Virus record (IMG/VR): IMGVR_UViG_3300018080_000098
Span: 248,001 to 312,000 of that record
DNA length: 64,000 bases
Strand: one strand, 5' to 3'
The position numbers and the translations under genes were made by a program. Shown here one piece after another: positions 37,861-46,688 of this stretch. The notes beneath the pieces are model-generated. The model had not been told where the DNA came from. It worked only from the letters and a program-made list of their open reading frames with translations, and made no database searches. Position 1 is the stretch's first letter; every line of letters starts with the position of its first letter.

Positions 37861-38988
37861 ATGGCTCTGCACAAGAAAACACCGCTGAAAAATATTACCT
37901 TCAAGGGCGCCAACTACAAGCTCGCAGACGGTGCAGATTTGCCTGTGCCAGAGTTCTCCCCCGAGCTGGCACCCTCCGAAGAAAACATCTACGTCCGCAT
38001 GTCCATGGACGACTACCAGCTACTGGCTTCCCTGCCTGAATCTACGTACGGTCCAGTCAAAAGACTTCTAAGCCGCTTCAATCGAAAGAAACTCGAGTCT
38101 GGTCGTGCGGAAGTCATGGCAACAGAGACAGAAGTAGCCGATGTCATCGCGGCGTTAGAGGATTTCATCGACGAAGAGGAAGGGGCAGCAGCTTCCACAG
38201 TGCACGCTCAGGACATGCTCGCCAAGTGGAAGCGCAACTACCTAATGCCTGATAAACCTCTTCCCAAACCGATGCCCAGCTACACCTCAGATCTCCCCCG
38301 AAGCACCAACGTGCGTGTGTTCAACTACAAGGGTGCCAAATACGTTCTGGTAGAGGCGGACGATACTCCCCCCGATTACATGAAAAAGCGGGAGTCGCCC
38401 ACTTACGAGGAAGTAATCGATCAAGAAATCTTCAGCGACCTCGTCAAGAACATCAAGCCCTCTATCCGCGACAACATTCCCGTTTCGCAGCTGAAGCGAA
38501 GTGTGGACGCTGTACAGCAAGCTGAAGGCTCTCTGCGGAAAGCGAGTGATGCGCTGAATAACGACCGACGTCCTGGTGTCCGCTGGCTCACTGATGCCTT
38601 TTTCTCTGGCAATCAAGGCATTCTCAACAAGCTCATGGAAGACCCGGAGCTCGTGCGCACTTCCATCAACCAATACATCGAGGACCTCCAGACTGCTCTT
38701 GCCGCCGCGCAGACCGCAGTAACTGTGATCACCGACATCTCCAACATGGTGGAAGAGAAAGACTGGGCTAGTAAGTGGACGATGAAGAAGCGACGCAGTG
38801 AGCTCCGCAAAGAGATCCTCGAGAAAGCCTACGGCATGTCCGCCCAGGAAATCAAGGATTTCTTCAGCGAAGCGTACGCCATCAAACAGAAGCGCTCAGA
38901 GGAAAAGAAACCAGAGAAGCAAGCGACCGCTTCCACTGTACCACGCACCGTCAAATTCAAAGGCCACCCCTACGTTCTGGTTGCTTAG
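37861..38988 (+). CDS. hypothetical protein with three YKG-type motifs
   Basis: ITFKGANYKLA, FNYKGAKYVLV, VKFKGHPYVLVA. Confidence 0.65.
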   Translation: MALHKKTPLKNITFKGANYKLADGADLPVPEFSPELAPSEENIYVRMSMDDYQLLASLPESTYGPVKRLLSRFNRKKLESGRAEVMATETEVADVIAALEDFIDEEEGAAASTVHAQDMLAKWKRNYLMPDKPLPKPMPSYTSDLPRSTNVRVFNYKGAKYVLVEADDTPPDYMKKRESPTYEEVIDQEIFSDLVKNIKPSIRDNIPVSQLKRSVDAVQQAEGSLRKASDALNNDRRPGVRWLTDAFFSGNQGILNKLMEDPELVRTSINQYIEDLQTALAAAQTAVTVITDISNMVEEKDWASKWTMKKRRSELRKEILEKAYGMSAQEIKDFFSEAYAIKQKRSEEKKPEKQATASTVPRTVKFKGHPYVLVA

Positions 38989-38990
38989 CG

Positions 38991-39968
38991 ATGCGGAAAC
39001 GTGGATTCACCATCGAGGAAGCAGAACGGGTAGCTACAGAGCTTGGTCTTCTGTGGCCCGAAGTTCTATTCGGCGTCGAGCAATTCCGTAAAGGCATGGA
39101 CGTCGAGCTCGAGCATGGCAAGCTGCACGCCGAGACAAACGTCACCAACGACGACCCGGTACTCACCGGAAAGATAGCGTGGGCCCACCTGATGGAGCGC
39201 CCTGATTACTACGAGCTCTTGGAGCTGGTAGAGAGCGGTGCCATCAAGATGCAAGAGGGCCCCGAGATGACCACCAAGGAAATAGCGGACGCTGCGCAGG
39301 ACTACGCACGCACCGTATCTTTTGCAGACTCCAACAACGGGGAGCGAGGAACCATGGAGCACCCGAATTTCATCAAGGTCGCAGGTCAACTGTATCAGCT
39401 GGAGGAGACTCCTGAAGAGAAGCCGCTTCCCCAAGTCATCCGCGTAAACGGGTTCGAGTACGAACGCGCCGCAGAGGAGCCCGAATCCTCCCCTGAGTAC
39501 ATCCGTGTGAAGGGGATGCTGTTTAAGCGGGACGACGAGCTCACCCTTCACGAGGCTGCCAAGAAGAAGGGTAAAGGCAAAAAGGATGACGAAAAGGAGA
39601 AGGGGAAGAAGGGGAAGGGAAAGAAGAAGAAGGACGATAAAAAAGATACCAAGAAGGGTAAGGGCAGCAAGAAGAAAAAAGACGACAAGAAGGGGAAGGG
39701 AAAGTGGAGCACCCTTCCCAAAGGGTGGACCAAAAAGTCGGCTGAGTCGTTCTGGAATTCCATCGGTGGCTCTGTTACGAAGTGCAGAGAAAAGCTGAAG
39801 GATGCTAAAGAGATAGATGATACCGGGGCATTCTGCGCCTCATTAAAAGACTACGCCCAGGGGGAGGGTTGGCGTAAAGGCCCTCGTAAAAAGAAGACCA
39901 AGAAAAAGGCCTCCACTGCTCCACAATTCATCAATTACAAGGGCACTCGGTACGAGCTGGAGAGCTAA
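38991..39968 (+). CDS. DUF5661-like domain protein with four YKG-type motifs and a Lys-rich tract
   Basis: GMDVELEHG..TNDDP..TGKIAWAHL.E.PDYY..L. Confidence 0.65.
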   Translation: MRKRGFTIEEAERVATELGLLWPEVLFGVEQFRKGMDVELEHGKLHAETNVTNDDPVLTGKIAWAHLMERPDYYELLELVESGAIKMQEGPEMTTKEIADAAQDYARTVSFADSNNGERGTMEHPNFIKVAGQLYQLEETPEEKPLPQVIRVNGFEYERAAEEPESSPEYIRVKGMLFKRDDELTLHEAAKKKGKGKKDDEKEKGKKGKGKKKKDDKKDTKKGKGSKKKKDDKKGKGKWSTLPKGWTKKSAESFWNSIGGSVTKCREKLKDAKEIDDTGAFCASLKDYAQGEGWRKGPRKKKTKKKASTAPQFINYKGTRYELES

Positions 39969-39969
39969 A

Positions 39970-40422
39970 ATGTCTGCACCGGACACCATCACCTACCAAG
40001 GCCGCGAGTACGTTCGAGTAGCTGGAGCGGGCACGCCTGAGGAGTTGCGGCAGCAGTCCATCGTTCTCCACGAGCTCGCACAGCAGCTTCGGCCCAGCAT
40101 CGCGAGCTCGGATATCGCGGGCGAGCTCAGTTCCATACGGGAAGCGTTGACCAACATGGTACGCGCCAACAATTTCCTGCTGGGCGAATCTCACTTGCTA
40201 CCCAACAGTGTTCCTGGTAACAGCGAACGCATATTCGCTTTGGCTACAGCGGCTGCTGATGAGGTTACCAACCTGGGCGACCGGTTGCAGAAGTTGGCGG
40301 CTCGTTTGGGAACGTGGGCACTCAAAATCGATGAGCTCGTGAAGGAAAAGGCAGCTCGAGAAGACGTGCCCACGAAGGTGGTCAAGCAGCAAGAGTCGAA
40401 ACAGTTTAGTCACCTTTGGTAG
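39970..40422 (+). CDS. hypothetical protein with YKG-type motif
   Basis: PDTITYQGREYVRVA. Confidence 0.6.
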   Translation: MSAPDTITYQGREYVRVAGAGTPEELRQQSIVLHELAQQLRPSIASSDIAGELSSIREALTNMVRANNFLLGESHLLPNSVPGNSERIFALATAAADEVTNLGDRLQKLAARLGTWALKIDELVKEKAAREDVPTKVVKQQESKQFSHLW

Positions 40423-40432
40423 GAGTTGACCG

Positions 40433-40837
40433 ATGAGCCATCCTCAATACATAGAGTTGGACGGAAACATCTACCGCTTGGTGGAAGCTGCGGAGGAGCA
40501 GCGAGCTCCCGTTTCCTACGGGGACGCAATGCGCGCTCTCAAAGCGGTGTACTTTCGGTTCTTCGAGAAAGCCGACCCGGATCCGGCGCTCCACGCCATC
40601 CTGGATGTGCTGAACTTCGCTCACGCAGCAGCGAAGGATGTGGAGAAGCAGCTGCCCGATGCCGCGCGTCCCAGTAAGTGGAGTGTGTCCGACGAGTTTC
40701 GGGATACGTTCAATCAGCTTGAGAGAACGTACAAGAAGCTGGACCAGGCATTCCGTGCGGCGGACCGTCGGAAGGCTCTGCAGAAGTTCCTGATGGCTCG
40801 TGGCATTCACGTTCCGGAAGCGGAGCGCATCGACTAA
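40433..40837 (+). CDS. hypothetical protein with YKG-type motif
   Basis: PQYIELDGNIYRLVEAA. Confidence 0.6.
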   Translation: MSHPQYIELDGNIYRLVEAAEEQRAPVSYGDAMRALKAVYFRFFEKADPDPALHAILDVLNFAHAAAKDVEKQLPDAARPSKWSVSDEFRDTFNQLERTYKKLDQAFRAADRRKALQKFLMARGIHVPEAERID

Positions 40838-40838
40838 A

Positions 40839-42620
40839 ATGTCTTTCCGTCGGACAGCGATCCTCAAGAAGTGTCGTGACCAGGATAAAAAGCCTGGACG
40901 CAAGTATCCTGTGAGCGAGCAGGAGTATTGCTTGTGGGACACTGAGGAAAAGAAGATTTTGATGGCGGGTCCGAAAGCAGCGGTCAAGAAGCAAGAGAAA
41001 GCCGTTCAGTACTACAAGCGGCAAGGGGCTCCCGTCCCGGAGTGCACTGAAATGCAGCAAGCCAGCACTATTAGATACAAAGGCGCTTCTTACGTAGCTC
41101 TGCGGGCAGGCCGTCGTTTGGTTACGGCGCAAGGTCCCTCAGAGCGTGTTAAGGAAGAGCTCCGGATTATGTCTCCCGAGCTTCGCGGTGACCTTGACGA
41201 GTTGGTCCGCGAGCTAGGTATCCCCGCGTGGCGTATTGTGATGGACGCGCAGGACCGTGGGATGTCGGTCTTCAAGGAGATTCAAGAGCTCCGTGGTGAC
41301 CCCGAGAGCGCTTCGGAACTGAAGCAGTTGGTGGAGCTCGAGCAAGGCTACATTCAGGAGCACGGCGTAGAAAAAGAGTACGAAGGCGTGGAGTGGGAGC
41401 CGAAGGTTCCAAAGAAAACTGCCCCTCCTGTTCCTGCTATAGAGTTGGTATCTCCTGAGGAGCAACGAGAACTCGGCCCTGCGAAGGACGTCATAAAAGA
41501 ACGCATCGAAGAACGGGCTCGGAAAAGACGGCGCAGACAACCAGAAAAGCTTGCTCCTGCGAAGGACGTAATAAAACAACGCATCGAAGAGCGAAAAGAG
41601 CGGTCTCAGCAGAAGCAATTCCAGCGAAAAGAAAAGAAGCTGTCGCCGCAAAGGGAACTCGTCAAGACTGTTGAGGTCGTCGACCTTCCTTACGAGGTCG
41701 AGGAACGGTTCTCCGAGAAGGCTCGTCGTGAGAAACTTCGTCGGGAGATCATGGCTCTCGAGTCCCGGCTCGACTTCAAAAATCTATTCCCAAAAGAGCT
41801 CACAGAAGACGACATTGAGTTCGCGTTGCCCTACTATCGGAAGCTCAAACAGAAGCACAACGAAGGGGGTAAACGGCGTGCGAATGTTGTAAAATATAAG
41901 GGAGCCTACTACACCCCAGTAGAAGCGCTTAAACAAGAAGTCGACCCTTCCAAAAGGCTTCCTCAACAACAGGGCATCAACGAATTCGTTTCCACACAAA
42001 TTCACATGCACCGTTTGGATACAGCGCTTCAGAACGCGGAGAAAGTGTTCGATACTCTAGTAGCTTCTCCCGGGCTGGAGAAGTACGACGACAAGCGACA
42101 GCAGATAGACGCACAGCTGAGTGAGGTACGTCGGAACGTTGAGGTAGTAAAATCTCTGACCCAATGCATGGGTGACACTATCGAAGCCCAACAGGAAACT
42201 ATTGGGCGTTTTCAAGATGCCTTACAGCAACTACAAGAACAACGCACGTCGAGTGCACAAGGAACTAGCGGAATGGCTACCCAAGAAGAAACTCCCCAGA
42301 TGGTAAAGTACGCCGGTCACTTCTACGTGCTCGCGGAAGACGAGGACAAGGAGCCAGAAGAGGTAGAGGAGCTCGAGGAAGAGGTCGAGGAGCACCTGGA
42401 GGAGGAAGCTGAAGAGATGGAGCTCCTGGATGCGCTGAAGTCGCACTGGCAGACCATCCTCGACAAGCTTCCGGACGACCTCGAGGTGGACGACGAGTTC
42501 GAGGCTGCTCTCAACGGCATTGATGAAGTCATCTCCGTGATGGACAAAATCCACGCGGAGTACGCCGAGGAGCCTCCGGGTGAAGAGGAAGGTCTACCGG
42601 AAGAACCTGAAGCTGAGTGA
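40839..42620 (+). CDS. coiled-coil protein with three YKG-type motifs
   Basis: TIRYKGASY, VKYKGAYY, VKYAGHFY; internal duplication PAKDVIK.RIEER. Confidence 0.65.
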   Translation: MSFRRTAILKKCRDQDKKPGRKYPVSEQEYCLWDTEEKKILMAGPKAAVKKQEKAVQYYKRQGAPVPECTEMQQASTIRYKGASYVALRAGRRLVTAQGPSERVKEELRIMSPELRGDLDELVRELGIPAWRIVMDAQDRGMSVFKEIQELRGDPESASELKQLVELEQGYIQEHGVEKEYEGVEWEPKVPKKTAPPVPAIELVSPEEQRELGPAKDVIKERIEERARKRRRRQPEKLAPAKDVIKQRIEERKERSQQKQFQRKEKKLSPQRELVKTVEVVDLPYEVEERFSEKARREKLRREIMALESRLDFKNLFPKELTEDDIEFALPYYRKLKQKHNEGGKRRANVVKYKGAYYTPVEALKQEVDPSKRLPQQQGINEFVSTQIHMHRLDTALQNAEKVFDTLVASPGLEKYDDKRQQIDAQLSEVRRNVEVVKSLTQCMGDTIEAQQETIGRFQDALQQLQEQRTSSAQGTSGMATQEETPQMVKYAGHFYVLAEDEDKEPEEVEELEEEVEEHLEEEAEEMELLDALKSHWQTILDKLPDDLEVDDEFEAALNGIDEVISVMDKIHAEYAEEPPGEEEGLPEEPEAE

Positions 42621-42969
42621 CCCTTTGCTTAAGGAAGCCAGGATAGCTACCGAGGACCAGAAGCTTCCGGAGCTACTGAAGGAGCTTCCTCGGCAACTGC
42701 GCAGCGATGCACGAGTGGAAGAGTTGCTCGTGCGCGCTATCGTCCTGGCCTTCATTCTTCCGTTGCAGGGTAAAGCTTTGCAATCGCGACCTGGGATGGC
42801 TCTTGTTTACCAGAAGCTTTTCGGGAACGCGTGGAGTGCTGCAGCAGCGATGGTACGTAGGATCCGTCCTGGGGTGCTGGCAGAAACCCGGAAGTTACTC
42901 CGAGTGGGCCCCGAAGCGTACACCAATACGGCGCTTCGTGAAATAAGCGAGCTTTTCAAGGCGAGCTAA
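42580..42969 (+). CDS. hypothetical protein
   Basis: Fills the gap in the operon; start uncertain. Confidence 0.45.
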   Translation: MKRKVYRKNLKLSDPLLKEARIATEDQKLPELLKELPRQLRSDARVEELLVRAIVLAFILPLQGKALQSRPGMALVYQKLFGNAWSAAAAMVRRIRPGVLAETRKLLRVGPEAYTNTALREISELFKAS

Positions 42970-43271
42970 TGTCCAACAAGGCACCGAACTACATCAGAGT
43001 CAACGGGCGCGTCTACAAACGGGCGAAGGTTTGGCAACTTTCTCCAGAAGACAAAACCGTATTCGAGCGCTTGATGTACGAGTGGTTGGATGGTGAGGGT
43101 TGGCGCAGCCTTTTCACTTACGATTTTGGCCATTGGCCTGCAGAGCGCCTTGGAGACCGAATGGCTGAAGAGTTTGGCGCCTACCTTGGTAGTCTAGCAG
43201 AAGAAGCTCTTCCGTGGAAAGAGTACGCGATGGAGCTCAAGCGTGCAAAGAATCAAAAGAAGGAACGATAA
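42969..43271 (+). CDS. hypothetical protein with YKG-type motif
   Basis: PNYIRVNGRVYKRA. Confidence 0.6.
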   Translation: MSNKAPNYIRVNGRVYKRAKVWQLSPEDKTVFERLMYEWLDGEGWRSLFTYDFGHWPAERLGDRMAEEFGAYLGSLAEEALPWKEYAMELKRAKNQKKER

Positions 43272-43272
43272 A

Positions 43273-43644
43273 ATGTCTGAACGCCATCCAGAGTTCATCA
43301 TGGTCCGCGGGCGCAAGTACCGCTTGGCTGCCAAGAAAACGGTCACGCCTGAAGATGTCAAAGAAAGCATCTCCCAAGCGGCGGACAAAGCGGCCATCGA
43401 GAACATCATCAGCAACCTCGTGGTACACGCGGGCCACATCCAAGAAGCGGCACCCCGCATCCTCGAGATGCTGGAGGGTCCAAAATCCAAAGCGGACAAG
43501 GCGGTCGACCAACTGAAGGCACACTGTTCTGTCCTCCAAGAATTCTTGGGGCAACTCATGCCGACCTATAACCGGTACAGCCAGAAACATCCTCCTCGTA
43601 AGAAAAAGAACAAGGAAGAAGAAACTCCGGCTGCTGAGGAGTAG
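43273..43644 (+). CDS. hypothetical protein with YKG-type motif
   Basis: PEFIMVRGRKYRLAA. Confidence 0.6.
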   Translation: MSERHPEFIMVRGRKYRLAAKKTVTPEDVKESISQAADKAAIENIISNLVVHAGHIQEAAPRILEMLEGPKSKADKAVDQLKAHCSVLQEFLGQLMPTYNRYSQKHPPRKKKNKEEETPAAEE

Positions 43645-43650
43645 AGTTTC

Positions 43651-45003
43651 GTGGATCGCGACGCAGACGGAAAAGTCGAAGTCTCCGACGATGAGACTTT
43701 CGACCTGCTCCAAATCGGGCAGCACGTTGAAACACCCCTCGGTCCTGGCGTGATCTCGCGCATTGGTCTGCAAGCTGCTCGTTACGGTGACCGCATCGAG
43801 CTCGAGCCTCCGGTGGTTACAGTGGAGCTGGATGACCCTGAACCTGGACAGCCAGACGAAGTTAATGTCTGTATGTGTAGGTTGGGGCTCGAGGACCCGA
43901 AACACGAAGCGATCATTAGTAAAGAATTCGCTCGACTGTGGCCCCCTATTGAAGAAGAAGTGCCGGAGGATGTGCACATGCTTATGGACGTAAAGAAAAA
44001 CGAAGAGGACATGGAAAAAGTCCGGTCCCGCTTCGACCAGCAGACCATGACTGCGCACCGTGTGGCCTCTGTAGCCCTTCGGCACCGTCGCCAGCGCCGC
44101 ATCTACCAAGACTTCGTTACGTTGGCTATGCACCTAGCAGAGCCCGCCATCGATGAGACCAGCATTCTCGAACCTGGAACGGTGGTTACGGGAGTGGAGG
44201 GTGTGGACCTGGGGGAAGCTGGTGTCGTCGTCAAGAAAATGAAACTAAAGGGGAGAGATGGAGAGGACGCTGGACAGGTCTATGTAGTTCTGTATAACCC
44301 CGACTCTGACACCCTTCGCCAGCTGACTGTTCCGGAAGACTCCAAATTCATGGGCCACGATGGTGTAGGTGCCACAGATATGATGCCGACGGTGTACGAT
44401 CCGCAGGCGTTGGACAGCCCAGAGCTCCACCCGATTCGGATTTTGCCCAACACGTACCTTCCACAGAACCCGAACTACCCGAGCTCTATTACGGATACCG
44501 TGTGGAGGCCGACGATTCGCCAGACGCCAATCCGCTACTACAAGGTCCGCGAGGCTGGAGGTTTCCAGCGGCGCCCCGATTACAAGGACCCACAGGAGTG
44601 GCCACCCACCAGTACGGTGAACTACCCTACCCCGGACACTGTGAACCCTCCGGGTAAGCAGCGTACACGGAAGCGTGGGAAGGATGCGTACGACCCTCAC
44701 GATCAAACTCCGGACATGGATGAGAAGGTCAACCAGAAGATGGAGGACCTGGCCATGAAGTTCTGGGGTGATTATCAGCGGTATCGGGAGCAGAAGATCC
44801 CTGGCAAGGGAAGCACGCTCGACATTCACATCGAGGACTTTGCAGACGTGTTCCAGGGTCGCACTGAGATGAGCGACGATGACATGCTCAACCTGTTCAA
44901 CTATCTGGTGCAGATTGGGATGATGGACGAATCGATGCTCCACAAGTACCTCATGCGCCAGGACGAGAAGTTCCGCCAGGTGAACCTCCGCACTCACTAC
45001 TAG
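43651..45003 (+). CDS. hypothetical protein
   Basis: 450-aa ORF. Confidence 0.6.
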   Translation: MDRDADGKVEVSDDETFDLLQIGQHVETPLGPGVISRIGLQAARYGDRIELEPPVVTVELDDPEPGQPDEVNVCMCRLGLEDPKHEAIISKEFARLWPPIEEEVPEDVHMLMDVKKNEEDMEKVRSRFDQQTMTAHRVASVALRHRRQRRIYQDFVTLAMHLAEPAIDETSILEPGTVVTGVEGVDLGEAGVVVKKMKLKGRDGEDAGQVYVVLYNPDSDTLRQLTVPEDSKFMGHDGVGATDMMPTVYDPQALDSPELHPIRILPNTYLPQNPNYPSSITDTVWRPTIRQTPIRYYKVREAGGFQRRPDYKDPQEWPPTSTVNYPTPDTVNPPGKQRTRKRGKDAYDPHDQTPDMDEKVNQKMEDLAMKFWGDYQRYREQKIPGKGSTLDIHIEDFADVFQGRTEMSDDDMLNLFNYLVQIGMMDESMLHKYLMRQDEKFRQVNLRTHY

Positions 45004-45011
45004 GTGCGCCT

Positions 45012-46526
45012 ATGGTTAAACAGCCACCCAGCAAAACTCTGTTGTACAAAGGGGCTACCTACGATGCTGTAGAGCTGCCGAAGGCTCTTTTGTACCGAGG
45101 GGCTGCGTACGAGTTGGTGACAGCTGCTGAGGATGATAAAGAAACCGGACGCGCGGTAAAAGATGTTCTGCAAACACTGAAAGAGAAAGCGCCACAGCTT
45201 AACGATGCAGAAGAAACTTCGATGGAAGAACGTCTTGCGCCCATTACCGTAGAGGAGGAGAAGGTAGTTGAGGAGAAAGCTCCTCCAGAAAAGGAAGAAG
45301 TTCCTCTTCTGTTTGGAAAGGAGCTGCTTAATTCTTTGGAGCCCTTCGTTGCGGAATTACGTAAAGATGTACAAGGGTGGTTGTCCAAATATGGTATTGA
45401 TGCCTCAGGAGAAATTGCAGTAGAGGCAGATGAAGCCGACGGTATCGATATGGGGGTGCCAATAGCTACTAAGAATTTCTCTGCACTTCCTAATACGAGC
45501 CTCTCCTTTGACTACTACATCAGGCTACCCGAAGAGGATTTGGAGGCGTTGCGCGCACGTGGACTCACCGATATAGAAAAAGAAGGTTTTGCCGGGCGTA
45601 TTCTTCGGAACATCAAAAACTTGGTAGGTAGCAACAACAAGTTGCAAGAGGTCGTGCTCCACTTCTGCAACCACGGTTTTGTAGGCACAGGGAATACAGT
45701 CGGAGAGCTCCTGGATACTGTAGGATTTCTGCAAAAGAAAACACAAGTACGCCCCGGTGAGCTTTTGGAGGTACCTGAAGAGGAGGCTTCCGAAGAGAAT
45801 ATTAAAGAGTGGGTGTCTGAAGTCTTTAAGCAAATTATTGAAAACGAGATGCACCACCATGCAGGAGTAGACATCTTCCGCAAGTCACAGTGGGGCGACA
45901 TCGGAAAAATGAAGGAAGTCCTCAAAGGATTGCAAGCTAAAAACATTCTTGGCGGTGACCAGGTAAGCGTGTTGATGAAATTTTTAGGGGGGTTGAAACC
46001 TACTGAGTACGCTTCCATGATCCGCGATATTCTTACACCTACAAGAGCCACAGAAAAATACAGTCTGCGCAAGGTGGTCGAAGCAAAGATTGCTGAGCTT
46101 ACCAAGCACGAACAGTACAAAGGGGAAGTGAAATTCGGAATAGCCGATGATGGTAATATTGTAGCAGCTATTGATGCACCTTACCCATTTCAGTACATAC
46201 TCAAACAGCGCACTGGAGGGAAGATAGAGCTTCTTCACGCAGACACAGAAATCTGTGACTTCAGTTTTATTGTGGATACGGAGCAGGCCGCGAAGGATTT
46301 GTTGACTGCAAGCTTGAATATGGCGGATGCGTACAAGCGTGCAGTGAACCCCTCTGTGAGCCAGAACAGAAAAGAGCGAGAAAAGGAGGAGCTCTTTTTG
46401 AAGATCCACGATCTTTCCAAGAAGCTTCATGAGCAAGAAGGGTTGGAAGTGGAACATCCTACAGAAGAGGAATCTGTGGGCGCCCAGCAAATGCCGGGGT
46501 ACGAGTCCACACGTGTGCAGGAATAA
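45012..46526 (+). CDS. hypothetical protein with tandem YKG motifs
   Basis: LLYKGATYDAV and LLYRGAAYELVTAA. Confidence 0.65.
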   Translation: MVKQPPSKTLLYKGATYDAVELPKALLYRGAAYELVTAAEDDKETGRAVKDVLQTLKEKAPQLNDAEETSMEERLAPITVEEEKVVEEKAPPEKEEVPLLFGKELLNSLEPFVAELRKDVQGWLSKYGIDASGEIAVEADEADGIDMGVPIATKNFSALPNTSLSFDYYIRLPEEDLEALRARGLTDIEKEGFAGRILRNIKNLVGSNNKLQEVVLHFCNHGFVGTGNTVGELLDTVGFLQKKTQVRPGELLEVPEEEASEENIKEWVSEVFKQIIENEMHHHAGVDIFRKSQWGDIGKMKEVLKGLQAKNILGGDQVSVLMKFLGGLKPTEYASMIRDILTPTRATEKYSLRKVVEAKIAELTKHEQYKGEVKFGIADDGNIVAAIDAPYPFQYILKQRTGGKIELLHADTEICDFSFIVDTEQAAKDLLTASLNMADAYKRAVNPSVSQNRKEREKEELFLKIHDLSKKLHEQEGLEVEHPTEEESVGAQQMPGYESTRVQE

Positions 46527-46654
46527 CGGCACCTGCATCGAGTGATCTCCCTCCCACCACTCCACCAACTTTTTCCGGTTGGCAAATCACAACCCTCCCG
46601 CTAACATCCCAAAAACATTACTGTTCTTCCTGTAAGCTGCCTTCCACAAAAAAC

Positions 46655-46682
46655 TTGACTCCCTCGAACTCGCTGGTATACT
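46655..46682 (+). promoter_or_regulatory. sigma70-like promoter
   Basis: TTGACT-N16-TATACT. Confidence 0.5.
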
Positions 46683-46688
46683 TGCTTC

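Noticed and set aside
39556-39710. Lys/Gly/Asp-rich purine tract as a DNA repeat element
   Set aside because: Explained by a low-complexity protein segment within the CDS
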